Positions 12,668 through 26,186 of a DNA stretch of 64,000 bases are shown one piece after another. The notes beneath the pieces were generated by a model. The model was not told the DNA's origin, did not search any database, and saw nothing but the letters and a program-made list of their open reading frames with translations. A program made the position numbers and the translations under genes. Position 1 is the stretch's first letter. Each line of letters begins with the position of its first letter. Origin of the DNA: Octopus vulgaris (Eukaryota); the NCBI GenBank assembly GCA_951406725.2, contig OX597818.1, positions 129,022,001-129,086,000 of the forward strand, given 5' to 3'.

Positions 12668-12675
12668 ATAGCCAC

Positions 12676-12682
12676 TTTTTTT
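12676..12682 (+). terminator. RNA polymerase III terminator (T7)
   Basis: TTTTTTT starting 9 nt after the tRNA discriminator (8-nt trailer between). Confidence 0.7.
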
Positions 12683-12683
12683 C

Positions 12684-12906
12684 AAGGCGGCGTGCTGGCA
12701 GAATCATTAGCACGTAGGGTGAAATGCTTAGCGGTATTTTGGCTGCCGTTACGTTGTGAGTTCAAATTCCGCCCAGGTCGACTTTGCCTTTCATCCTTTC
12801 GGGATCGATAAATTAAGTACCAGTTACACACTGGGGTCGATGTAATCGACTTAATACCTTTGTTTGTCCCCTCTCTATGTTTAGCCCCTTGTGGGTAATA
12901 AAGAAA
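12684..12906 (+). mobile_element. SINE family B, full length
   Basis: aaggcggcgtgctggcagaatc..tgtgggtaataaagaaa. Confidence 0.9.
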
Positions 12907-13024
12907 TAGGTAAGTGTCTTCTACTATAGCCTCAGACTGACCAAAGCCTTGTGAGTGGATTTGGTAGATGGAAACTGAAAGAAGCTCATCACACACACAC
13001 ACACACACACACATGCACACACAT

Positions 13025-13065
<41 letters not shown>

Positions 13066-13286
13066 TACGTATATATTTGTGTACAGTGTCTGTGTTTATC
13101 CCCCCACCATTGCTTGCCAACTGATGTTGGTGTGTTTACATCCCTGTAACTTAGTGGTTCAGCAAAAGGGGCTGATAGAATAAGTCTTACAAAGAATAAG
13201 TTCAGGGGACGATTTCCTCAACTAAAAGTTGGTGCTGCAGCATGGCCACAGTCAAATGACTGAAACAAGGAAAAAATAAAAGACTA

Positions 13287-13364
<78 letters not shown>

Positions 13365-13367
13365 ATG

Positions 13368-13722
13368 AACCGTAAAAATTAATACAGAGAGTTGCTTATT
13401 TGTAAAAAAAAATATCATGTGACTTCATTGACCGAGGTTACCGTGGTCTTTTCTGTAGGCTTTTCTTTCTCCGGGTAAACCTCACCTGTCCTCCCTTTAC
13501 ACTTTATATTGACATTTCTGTGATAATGATCCCTATTGATCGACTTTTTCTTTTTCCTTTTATTTTATTCCCTTCCCCCTTTTTTGTTTGCTTTCCTCTT
13601 TCTTTCTTTTACGATCCCTTTTGATCGAAAACCAAACCCCATTTTTTTATCCTCAAACGAAAAGCTCTACCTTGTAATTTGTCCCGTCTTGGTGCAGCCC
13701 TGTGTGGCTAATAAAGAAACAT
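13368..13722 (+). mobile_element. Probable LINE 3' UTR sharing its tail with SINE family B
   Basis: Ends tttgtcccgtcttggtgcagccctgtgtggctaataaagaaaca, versus the SINE B end tttgtcccctctctatgtttagccccttgtgggtaataaagaaata. Sits in (TATC)n. Confidence 0.5.
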
Positions 13723-13854
13723 ATCTATCTATCTATCCATTCATCCATCCATCCATTTATCAATAACTGACACTCCGTCAGTTACAACAATGAGGGTTCC
13801 AGTTGATCCAATCAACAGAACAGCCGGATCATTAAATTAGTAAACCTTTGATAC

Positions 13855-14235
13855 TCTCTCTTTACTCTTTTACTTGTTTCAGTCATTTGACGGTGGTTAT
13901 GATGGAGCACTGCCCTTAGTCAAGGAAATTGACCCCAGGACTTATTCTTTGTAAGCCTAGTACTTATTCTATCGGTCTCTTTTGCTAAGTTATGGGGACG
14001 TAAACACACCACCATCGGTTGTCAAGCAATGTTGGGGGGACAAACACAGACACACAAACATATACACACACACACACACACATACATATATATATATACA
14101 TATGTAGGACAAGCTTCTTTCAGTTTCCGTCTACCAAATCCACTCACAAGGCTTTAGTCAGCCTGAGGCTATAGTAGTGGGACTGAACCTAGAACCATGT
14201 TGTTCGTAAGCAAGCTACTTATCACACAGCCACTC
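13855..14235 (-). mobile_element. SINE family A
   Basis: Family A match with small internal deletions. Confidence 0.85.
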
Positions 14236-14518
14236 TTGGTGGTTAGGATAATCAGCTCATGAGTAGAAGACTGTGAGTTCAATACCTGGTGGTGCATTGC
14301 ATCCTTAAGCAAGGCATTTTATAAACACACCAGCGTCAGTTGTCAAGCAATGGTGAGGGAACAAACACAGACACACAAACACACACATTTTATTTTCACA
14401 TTGTGTATATATCTATACATGCATATGCACATACATACATGTGTGTGTATGCATGTGTGCATGCGCGTGTGTGTGAGAGTTTGAGTGTGTGTGTGGAAGC
14501 CTGTTGTATAAATGTGTA

Positions 14519-14572
<54 letters not shown>

Positions 14573-14579
14573 GTTGCAA

Positions 14580-14783
14580 GCGTGGCTGTGTGGGCTTACC
14601 ACCAACCACATGGTTCCTAGTTCAGTCCCACTGCGTGGCACCTTGGGCAAGTGTCTTATACTATAGAAAGAAGCCTGTTGTGTGTGTATATTTATATATA
14701 TATATATATTATACTGTAAAATTAGATTTAATCATAAATCTAATTTTTCCCTGTAAGTTTGGATTTACTCCCTAATATTATTA

Positions 14784-14819
<36 letters not shown>

Positions 14820-15030
14820 TGTATGTATGTATGTATGTATGTATGTGTATATGTGTGTGTGTGTGTGTGTTTGTGTGTCTGTGTTTGTTCCCTCACCATT
14901 GCTTGACAACTGACGCTGGTGTGTTTATGTCCCTGTAACTTAGCAGTTCGGCAAAGAGACTGATAGAATAAGTACTTGGTTTATAAAGAATGGCTGCAGT
15001 TGAATGACTGAAACAAATAAAAGATTAAAG
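14580..15030 (+). mobile_element. SINE family A with a Penelope-like end fragment (about 14710-14785) in its internal (TA)n
   Basis: The fragment matches 43860-43935 (ccctgtaagtttggattta..ccctaatatt). Confidence 0.75.
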
Positions 15031-15244
15031 ATACACACACACACAGACACAGAAACACACTCACAATTATATATATATATACACGTGAAACAATTTTTTT
15101 AGCTTAACAAAATTCAATAAGGGGAAAGTTTACATCTTCCTGCATCAATAAATCACTTTTGTTCCTGAAAGTTGCTTTTCATACCTTCTACAGATTGCTT
15201 GATGTTCACTAGCTTCCTACAGCTTGATCCTTGGATTACTTTCA

Positions 15245-15335
<91 letters not shown>

Positions 15336-15605
15336 GGGTAATAACCTCTTAACATGCATTTATGAGTTCCTATACCATTATTTAGCTACCACATGTTATT
15401 CTACAGCAGGATATTTACCAGTGCTGCTCAGACATGTGGAACTCCTCATATGCATAGGATTAATATGAAATTAAAATATGCACAGGATTAATATGAAAAT
15501 AAAATAACATGAATATGGAATATACTAAGCTTTAATAGCAAATCACAACATTTGTTTCTGCATCAGACACCAGGTTTAAGTTGCTGAGTTTACATTTATA
15601 TATCA

Positions 15606-15994
15606 CTAGCAGTGTTGCCTGGCATTGCTCGGATTTGTTTCGACCCTTTAGAATTGGAATTTTTGAAAAGTAAAAATTTCGCATTATGTAGCTTGTTATT
15701 CTCTTTAAGTGAACATTTTTCTGGTTGAAATATACTAAAAAATGGCGACACAGCAGTGAAAAAATCGTAAAAAAATAGGGATTTTCATAGAAAAAAAGCA
15801 CCTTTTTGATGTAAATAATTTTTGGTCTCAACGTGATCAGATTTGAATTTTATCTTCTACGGAATGAAGAGCAAGCCTTCTTCTATCACTCAATTTTGGT
15901 CAACTTGCACTGCAGGGTCTCAGAGGAGATAGTGTTAGTTGAAGGCTACCAAACCTTCCACACACAGACAACTTCAGCTTTATATATATATAGA
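15606..15994 (-). mobile_element. Non-autonomous Helitron (family H2)
   Basis: Minus strand starts TCTATATATATAT and ends with a GC hairpin then CTAG; inserted between A and T; second copy at 58825-59227. Confidence 0.85.
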
Positions 15995-16810
15995 TTATTT
16001 AACATTGTTCTTTAGAATAACTATATAATTAAATATTTTTTAGCAACAGCTGTATGAGGGTGCTTTATTGGTGAAAGCTGCATTGACCTCTATTGTCAGC
16101 TTTGGCAAGGTTTCTATGGATGGATGCTTTTCCTAATGCCAACCACTTCACAACAGGTACTAGGTACTTGTTTTTGTGGAACAAGCACTAGTGTGACCAC
16201 CAAGCAACTTGCAAAACTCCATAGACAGAGTGTAGATGCAGAATTAAGGGAGGTGGGTTTGTGTTGGGTGTAAAGAGGCTAAAGTAGAAAAGAGGGACAA
16301 GGACATACATCTTGATATGTGGCTACTCCAGCAAGAGAGCATGTAAGGATGGTGGAGATGAAGTGTCAGTGCATATGCTCCAGATACAAGTAGGTGGATG
16401 GGGAGAGAATGGGGGAGAGACTCAAGGATGGCTGTGTTTGTAGGTAGGTTTACAAGAGTGTGAAAAGAAAGTGACAGACAGACAGAGATGAAGACAGAAG
16501 TGAATACAGTAGGGGAAATGTAAGGAAAATACCAGTGGGTCATGGAGGAGGTAACAGATAGTAATACATGCATAAAAAAATTGAGGGTGGTGGAGAACCA
16601 TAAAGGGATGAGACGAAGCATGTGGGTGAGCAAATATGCACAGAGACTGAGACAGAGGTTAGAGGTACATAGGGGAAGATATTGTGAGTTACAAAAAGGA
16701 GCATCACTGGAAGAAGTCAGAGAGTGTTCAGGGAAGGAAAGGGATGTTCAGTGGATATATATAGCTAAGGGGTGATGTTGGGAATGTAGTTTGGGTGGTA
16801 AGGGAAATAT

Positions 16811-17035
16811 ATTTCTTTACTGCCCACAAGGGGCTAAACATAGAAGGGGACAAACAAGGACAGACAAAGGGATTAAGTCGATTACATCGACCCCAGTTGG
16901 AAACTGGTACTTTATTTATCGACCCCGAAAGGATGAAAGGCAAAGTCGACCTTGGCGGAATTTGAACTCAGAACGTAACGACAGACGAAATATGGCTGCT
17001 CATTTCGCCTGGCGTGCTAACGTTTCTGCCAGCTC
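16811..17035 (-). mobile_element. SINE family B with TSD
   Basis: Family B match; GGTAAGGGAAAT repeated on both sides. Confidence 0.9.
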
Positions 17036-19303
17036 GGTAAGGGAAATGGTTCCATGAAGTGGGTTGCTGGTAGCACCAAAAGGGAGAAGAGATATGATTG
17101 ATTGATTCTAGTTTCAGCTCACGAGCTGTGGCCATGCTGGGGCACCGCCGTGCAGTTTGGTTCTCATATAATTACAGCAACAAAGAAATAGTGCTGTAGA
17201 GGAGTGAGGGAGAGCTGAGCTTTATGAAGATGAATTGCTGGTAAAGATTGACTTGTACAGATTGTGTGCAAGGGCATAGATATTAATGATATGCTTTGTG
17301 GACCTTGTTTTTACTGAGATGGACGGGCCTTCTCAAGCATGGTATTTTGCCATTCATTGCAACTAATTGCCATCTCCTCCATGAGGCTCAACAACCTGGT
17401 TTCACTTTGTTGTCTCATGTCTTCTTCAAGTTTCATCCTCATTTAATGATCAACACTTCTTTATGCAGCTCTCCTCATCCATATTCATTGCATGACCATA
17501 CTAGTGCAGTTTTTTTCTGTTATACATTATATTTCTTACCTCTTACACTCAATTTTCATTTCAACACTTTTCAATGTTGTCATTTCTTCACTTCTCTCTA
17601 GTCATATGTATACACACACACACATACATACACATGTATAATGCTTTTTAGAAGCAGAAACATTACAAATTCTAAATGTAAGTTCTTTTGTTTCCCATCA
17701 GCAGATGATTATCAAAAATTTAAGAATATGAGATAGATATGTAAAAGACATACATATCTTTTATGTACCTAAGAGATATGTGGATATTTAACCATGTTTC
17801 AGTTAGTTGAAATTAAAAGTAAAATGATCTTATTGGTTTCCGATATGATCAGTTTGTATAAAATAACATAAAATAAGTGAATGGAGATGCAAGAGGTAAC
17901 ATTTTCTGGATGGAGAAAATAAGGAAAATAAAGAGGAATGGGGAATATGAGAATAAAAGAACAAAATTAGTAGAAATATGTTCAATGAAAAAAAAAAAAA
18001 GGAAAGGAAATTTAGGAAACATAAAATAGACGAGTATGAAAGATAATGAATTATTGAAAGAAAATACAAATGTGCAAAATAACCAAACTGTGTTGGAGAA
18101 ATGAGTTGGAAATATAAAATATGGAAATGAAATATTTATGTCTTCTGAGTAAGAAATGGAGCTGCAGAAGAGCTTATTGTTTAGAGAGAAACGGAAAGAA
18201 CTTATCTCTTGGTGGAGAGAGAAAAAGAGAGTAAGTATTTAAAGTCATGTCTGCAAGAACTCAACAAGTTGAATCTTTCATTTAAAACATCCATGTCATG
18301 TAATAAAAAATATAGAACTTTTCACTCAAGCACAGCTTACAATGTAAGTTTGGATTGAAGGATCCATGTTTATATTGTGCTACTTGCTTTAGAATATATT
18401 TTGTTTTATTTTGAATGTAATCAGATGAATTTTTTTCAAAACTCAAATGTACTTAAGATAAAAATTTTTCTCTGGGTGACTGAAGGAATGGATGTGCTAG
18501 TCAAAATCATCTTGAATTTGTTTACAATTAATCCAGTGCAAGAGTTAAACACGGTGCTACTGACATGTTCTACTTTATCAGATTAAACTAATACCTCCAA
18601 GGGGCAAATAGCATTGAGAGGACAAGTGTCTGTAACAATGAAATTACATGTAGGTGAAGGAGCAGTATTATTGATATCAGATAATCTTTTTGAATTGAAA
18701 TGGTTAGGTGAACCAGCAGAACTTTTACTATAAGAATAACTGACTTTAGCTGTGATTCTATTAAAGATGTTGTCACCATTGTCATCATCAAGATCAACAA
18801 GAAGAACACAATAAATACAAAAATAAAATTAATTCTTGAACACTTACGTTTGTCTTGAGAATCTTCAGGAACTAGTGAGACTGTACTAAGACATCTGTGA
18901 GTTTCGTTATTTAGTAACAGAAACCTGAAAATGTATCAGAAAGTAACATTAATGATCAACATATATTTATAAATTTTCAGAGTTTATCATTATTATTATT
19001 ATTATTATTATTATCAAAGGTGCAAGCTGGAAGAATCAAAAGGTAAAGTTGACCTTGGTAGAATTTGAACTCCGCAAAGATGGTTGAATTGGCACAAAGC
19101 ATTTTGTTCAGCATGGTAATGATTCTACCAGCTTACTTTCTACTAACGGCACAAGTCCTGAAATTTGGGAGAGGAGGTTTACTTGATTTCATCAACCCTA
19201 GTGTTTAACTGGTACTTATTTTTAACAATCCCACAAGGATGAAAGGTGAAGTCAAACTCGGTGGAATTTGAACTCAATGCAAAGACAGAGAAATAATAAT
19301 AAT

Positions 19304-19338
<35 letters not shown>

Positions 19339-19345
19339 TAATAAT

Positions 19346-19702
19346 AGCAGATGACAACGTGTCTCTAAAAGAAATGGAGAAACTCTCAAAATACAAAGAC
19401 CTGGAAATAGAGGTAACTAGAATGTGGAATCTGAAAACAGAAACAATTCCTATCATAGTAGGTGCATTAGGCATGATAAAAAAATATTCAGACAAATACA
19501 TAACAAAAACACCGGGACTTACAAACACATATAACATACAGAAAATTGCACTACTAGGCACTGCCCACATCCTACGCAGAACACTTTCCATACAATAACC
19601 ATCAGAGCATCACAACAAATCACAGCACATACCCAAGGCACACAGAGCTGCGCTCGGTAGTGAAGTGAAAGCACGCTATAAAAATAAAAATAAAACTACT
19701 GA
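19346..19702 (+). pseudogene. R4/Dong-type non-LTR retrotransposon 3' end (restriction-like endonuclease C-terminus) in (TAA)n
   Basis: KEMEKLSKYKDLEIEVTRMWNLKTETIPIIVGALG..IQKIALLGTAHILRRTL-stop, then a short UTR; flanked by (TAA)n on both sides. Confidence 0.85.
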
Positions 19703-19724
19703 ATAATAATAATAATAATAATGA

Positions 19725-20215
19725 TAGTGAGGGCTAGAAAGAGGCAAGACATGGTATGAGCACAAATTTCCCAATCCAAAAAGATCAGGTGCTAGAATAT
19801 AACAGATTGGACCTAGTGGTGGTGGGCAAGGTGCACCACATATGCTACATAGTTGATATTATATGCCTCTTTGACCCATGAACAGCTAAGAAGGAGGGCG
19901 AAAAGATAGATAAGTACAACCCTCTGAAGTACCAAATAGCCCGGCTATGAAAAATAAAGAAGGTGAAGATAGTGCTAGTTATTGTTGGGTCCTTGGGAAC
20001 AGTATTAGAAGGCATCAAGGGGAATATAAAGGAAATTGGAATAGAGAGCCCAGCAGAACAATTACAAAAGGTTTGTCTCCTTGGCATGGCCAGAATAATC
20101 AGGAAAGTATTAGATAGCTGAAAAGAATGGATAGCATGGTACTGTAGGCTGCAGGTAGCAATCCCGCTACACATGTGAGACTCCAGGAGCTCCAAGAAAA
20201 CCTGTGATAATGAGA
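19725..20215 (+). pseudogene. Second, older R4/Dong-type 3' fragment
   Basis: Reads NRLDLVVV..CYIVDIICLFDP*..KEGEKIDKY..VIVGSLGTV..LQKVCLLGMARIIRKVL with in-frame stops. Confidence 0.75.
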
Positions 20216-20239
20216 AAATAATGATGATGATGATGATGG

Positions 20240-20680
20240 TTTCAAATTTTGGCACAAGGCCAGCAAGTTTGGGGGTGAAGTAAACCGGTTACATCAACCC
20301 CAGTGTTGAACTGGTACTTATTTTATCGACCATGAAATGACGAAAAGCCAAGTTGACCTCAGTAGAATTTGAACTCAGAATGTAAAGATGGATGAAATAC
20401 CACTAAGCATTTGGCCCAGGATGGCTAATGGTTTTGCCAGGCTGGTGCTTTAACAACAACAACAACAACAACAATCCTTTCTACTATCCTTTCTACTAAA
20501 GGCACAAGGCCTGAAATTTTTGGGGAAGGGATTAGTTGATTACATTGATCCAAGTGTCTCACTTGTACTTTATTTACTGACCCCCAAAGGGTGAAAGGCA
20601 AAGTCGACTTTGGTGGAATTTGAACTCAGAACGTAAAGATGGACGAATTACCACTAAGCATTTTGCCTGGTGTGCTAACA
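20240..20680 (-). mobile_element. Older family B-related SINE copies (also 19020-19275, 57960-58740)
   Basis: Diverged gaaaggcaaagtcgac..ggaatttgaactcagaac blocks. Confidence 0.7.
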
Positions 20681-21888
20681 AAATAAAAAATAAAAAATAA
20701 AAAATAATAATAATAATAATAATAACAACAACAACAACTACTACTACAACATTAATAATTTTCAACACCACTATTACACAATTTATCCTCACAATTGTCA
20801 TGATCATCACCTACATCTCCTACACCACCACCACCACTACCACCAACCACCAACGCCACCACCACCACCACCACCACCACCACCACCACTACCATTATCA
20901 TCGACATCAAAAGCAACAGCAACATCAACAACCATTACAGGGTTGTGGTTTTAAGCTTTTTATCTAAACAACATGCCAACATAACATGGCACTTTTGTGT
21001 GTGAAATGATCCATCAATGATAAGAGTGTACATCCAAGACAGGTATGTATAAATTTTTTGTTTGTACATAGTATTTTTTTTTTTTTTTTTGTTTAGAAAT
21101 TTTTATTATCTATGTTTATCTAGTTATTTATTTATTTATTTATTTATTTATTTGTTTATGTATTCATTTTTGGTCAAATGCACAGTTGTCCGAATAATGG
21201 CCAATCTATTTTTGGCTATTTGCTTTGACAGAAATTTCAACAGCCAACAGAAACCAATCATCTACTTCTATTCTTATCAAAGAAAAAATCAAAAAAAAAA
21301 TCACAGAGGAAAGATGGAAGAGGTACCAAAAATATACAGAAAAAACAACCAAAGAAAAAAAGAAAAGAAATTGCAAAAAAAACCCCCACAACAAAACATT
21401 ACCCTAACAGTTGAGACCCACTCTTCCTTCACCACCAAAACTCACACACACACAAAAAAAGGGAAAAATTGACTGCAATATGAAAAATGCATTCATATAT
21501 CATTGTTGTCATTATGTCATAGCTATTGTCATCATGATGCTTATAAATGTCATTGTCATCGCTTTAGCATTCATTTTTTTTTTCCAGGTTAGAAGGGATG
21601 AAAATGAGCAAATTATATCTGCAATATAATACACACACACACACACACATATTTATATATGTATGAATATGTTTGTTATCTGATATGCTATGAGATAGCT
21701 GTTTGTTGGACAGACCATTTTAATATAACATTTATACATAAGTATATATATATATATGTGTGTGTGTGTGTATATATATATGTATATATATGTATATATA
21801 TATGCATATATATATGTATATATATATATGCATATATATATATATATATATATGCATATATATATATATATATGTATGTATATATATA

Positions 21889-21934
<46 letters not shown>

Positions 21935-21982
21935 TGTGTGTACGTGTGTGTGTACATAAATGTATATGTATATACACACACA

Positions 21983-22019
<37 letters not shown>

Positions 22020-22041
22020 TTATATATATATATATATGTAC

Positions 22042-22130
<89 letters not shown>

Positions 22131-22553
22131 ACACACACATGCACATATATACACACATACACTTAGACATAAATATATATACATCTATATGCAAAAAATA
22201 GACATGTGTATGTGTGTGCATTACAGATATTTATAGTACATAGAGAAATATAGATATGTATGTATATTGCAATACATTTTTTTTCTTCCATTTTTCGCTT
22301 TGTTTGTGTGAGTGTTGTTGACAATGGCAGACAGAACGACTACGAGAAAATATGCTGCAGGTTTCATATTTTTTCAATAACAAAAACCTTGTACATGCTT
22401 GCAATTTGTGTAATAACTTAGCAATTCTTAAAAGCTACTCATTAAGATATGAATTATTCATACATCATCATTATCATCATCATCATCAACATTATTGATA
22501 GCTGCTTGAGCATTACTTTCATTTTCTCTCTCTCTCTCTGTCTTTCTCTCTTA

Positions 22554-22586
<33 letters not shown>

Positions 22587-22756
22587 CCTTGATCTTGATC
22601 TTCATATTTATGTTTTTCTAATACGTGGAGAAGAGTACATAATAAAAAAAAAAAAAAAAAAAGATATTCTTTTTGAAGGTAAATAGTTTTGCTTATATAA
22701 AACCACTTCATTCCAGCAAGCATTTAGATAACTTTTATATATACATATATACATGC

Positions 22757-22846
<90 letters not shown>

Positions 22847-22921
22847 GTATGTATATATATATATGCATATATATATGTATTTACATATATAAGTATGTAT
22901 GTATATACATATATCTGTCTG

Positions 22922-22952
<31 letters not shown>

Positions 22953-23156
22953 CTATCTATATATATATATATATATATATATTCTAACAACCTTTTATAT
23001 AACCTTCCTATATATACATACATCATTATTACTATCATCAGGATCTTAAATTATATACACCAGTTCTTCTACTCTGATATTATATATATATATATATATA
23101 TACATACATACATGCATATATATATATATATACTACAAAATACATACATACATTCA

Positions 23157-23224
<68 letters not shown>

Positions 23225-23300
23225 ATATACAATATATATATATGTATATATGTATATATATATATATATATAAATACACACACACACATATGTATGCATG

Positions 23301-23331
<31 letters not shown>

Positions 23332-23894
23332 TGAAGGGCTTTTGCTTATTCTTTACGTCAGAAAGAAAAAGCGGAACCATTATTCATGTAGATGGATTTT
23401 GGTGACAAATATGTTTATATGAATAAGGGATGCTTTTGCAATTTCAAAACACTTGACTGCAGATCCTCCCCCACCACCATGACATTTCTTGTGCTTTTCC
23501 TTTTCTTTTGTCTTTTTCTTTATCCCCACCGTCTCATTATGTTATCACTTGATTTCCTTCCTTTTTTTTTCTTGTCCTTTTCATCCCTCTTCCCCATCTT
23601 TTCTCCTCCCTCTCAGCCTCTCCTGTTCCCCCCTCACTGCCATCACCACCTCTGTTACCACTATCATCACCTTCTCTTTCCCTTCCTATTCTCCTTCTAC
23701 TCTGTCTCTCTCTCTCTCTCTCTCTCACTTATGCACACTGCTTAAGACTCCATATAGCATGAGAAAGACTCTTCAACATTGTTTCCCAACATATTTTCCC
23801 CCAGGCCCTACTATAACTTTCCAGAAAAATGTATGCCCTACCGGTGGTTGGAAAAAAAAACAACTTTATTTTTAATATTTTATCAAAATTATGT

Positions 23895-24049
23895 GAGGTA
23901 AGAAGCTTGCTTTCCCAACCACATCGTTCTGGGTTCAGTCCCACTGTGTGACACATTGGGCAAGTGTTTTGATAGCCTCAGACCAACCAAAGCTTTGTAA
24001 GTGGATTCAGTAGAACAAAAGCTGAAAGAAGCCTGTTGTGTATATATAC

Positions 24050-24083
<34 letters not shown>

Positions 24084-24305
24084 GTATATACCTCTGTGTG
24101 TGTGTCTTTGTGTCTGTGTTTGTCCTCCCATCATCACTTGACAACCAGTGTTGGTGTGTTCATATCCCCGTAGCTTAACAGTACAGCAAAGGGACAAATA
24201 GAATAGGCTTAAAAATAGGTTCTTGGGTCAAGCAGTCTGACAAAGACACTTCAAGGTGGTGCTCCAGCATGGCTACAGTCAATTGACTGAAACATCTAAG
24301 AAAAT
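23895..24305 (+). mobile_element. SINE family A, diverged
   Basis: Family A match. Confidence 0.8.
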
Positions 24306-25112
24306 AAAATACAAATAATCTACCAGTAACTCGTTTGTTAAGTACTGAGTAAAATAAAAGTACATCATTGATTAAGAAGGAAAAACAAAGATTTTCACAA
24401 TTCCATGTCCTACCTTAAAAAAAAAAAGAAGGAATCAATTTGGACCCCATTCTCCACCAGTGTGTGTGTGTGTGGGGGGGGGGGAGAGCATATGCCCCAT
24501 GTTGGGAATCACTGCTTTACAAGGATGGCTACTTAGCATTTTGGGGAAAAACAAGGAAATCTTTTACAAAATACACTTACCATCTTGAATCCCCCACAAA
24601 AAAAAACAAAAAAAAAATACAAAATCAAAAAAAATCAAAAAACCCAAAGGATGTATCAGGTATTGTAAGTGTAGAATAAACTAGATTTGATAAGACTGGA
24701 TATTCAAGCCTTGAACATACTGTTGCTTGTCCCCTCCTCATTTATAAGCCACTTCTGTCTCTCACGTCCCCCGTTCCAGGCTGATATTTACTATCACCAC
24801 ACCTACACCTTTGTTCATCACTCTCTACATCCACCTCTGGTCCCATCTCTAACCCTCTGTCCCTCTTCCCCCACTCTCTTTTGAAATTATCCACTGTTTC
24901 TTTCCTTTCTATTCCACTGCCAATATTCTCCTTCAAACCCACCTTCTTGTAGCTTGAGAGCATGTTCAGGCATCCCATCATCATCATCTTTATTTACTTT
25001 TCAGTTACTTTCACTAACATTCACAAAATATGAGACTGCCATCTATCTCCTCTATGCCAGGTGTCTATGAATGAAGTATAATAGTGTCTCTCTATCATAC
25101 ATATTTTAGCCA

Positions 25113-25512
25113 GTGGAGGCGCAATGGCCCAGTGGTTAGGGCAGCGGACTCGCGGTCATAGGATCGCGGTCATAGGATCACGGTTTCGATTCCCAGACCG
25201 GGCGTTGTGAGTGTTTATTGAGCGAAAACACCTAAAAGCTCCACGAGGCTCTGGCAGAGGATGGTGGTGATCCCTGCTGTACTCTTTCACCACAACTTTC
25301 TCTCACTCTTTCTTCCTGTTTCTGTTGTACCTGTATTTCAAGGGGCCGGCCTTGTCACTGTCTGTGTCACGCTGAATATCCCCGAGAACTACGTTAAGGG
25401 TACACATGTCTGTGGAGTGCTCAGCCACTTACACGTTAATTTCACAAGCAGGCTGTTCCGTTGATTCGGATCAACCGGAACCCTCATCGTCGTAACCGAC
25501 GGAGTGCTACCA
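25113..25512 (+). mobile_element. SINE family C (tRNA-derived head) with TSD
   Basis: ggaggcgcaatggcccagtggttagggc..ggtttcgattccc head; tail ..cgtaaccgacggagtgct; ACATATTTTAGCCA repeated on both sides. Confidence 0.9.
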
Positions 25513-26186
25513 CCACACACATATTTTAGCCATAGACACCTGGCATAGAACCAGTGTCTATGGCTAAAGATCTCTTTTCCAAATATCCCCTTTAGTCAAG
25601 GAGGCTTTTTCCATTTCCTTTCTTTCCTTAGCCTTGCAAGTTGCCTTGGAAATCTCCTTAGTGTTGATGTCATGAAAAAAGTACCCAGTACACATTGTAA
25701 AATGGTTGGTTTTAGGAAGGGCATCCAACCATAGAAACCGTACCAAAACTGACACTGGGGCCTGACACAGCTCTGTGGCTTGCTGGATCCTGTCAAACTT
25801 GCTGACCCATGCCAACACGGAAGAGGGACATTAAATGATGATGAGGATGATGATGTTGATGATGATATATGAGGAATATTGAGATTTTACAAACTTGAGC
25901 TGATTTTTTCTAAGACTGTAATACAGCGTAATGTAATCATACACTGCAGTGTAGAGAAGTGTCTGAAGTGGTTAGAATATATTCCATTTCATGCTTCATT
26001 TGCACATTGATTTCTACAGTAAGATCAAATCACGCTTTAGTTCAGCATTTTGCCATTTCCATATTAACTATCTGAACCGTTTTTGTCATAAGAATTTAGT
26101 TATTCTATCTGTCATTTTATGTAGGTAGACAGTTTAACTGCTGCCACTATCATCCTCCTCATCTTTATCAACAATCATTATACAAT

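Larger units (their letters stand above)
12495..13282 (+). mobile_element. SINE family A, interrupted by a tRNA-SINE B insertion
   Basis: Head at 12495-12587; remainder at 12907-13282. Confidence 0.85.

Noticed and set aside
25113-25205. tRNA genes at SINE heads (also 32113, 35236, 52346)
   Set aside because: A/B boxes are present but there is no complete cloverleaf, and they continue into repeated SINE bodies with TSDs.
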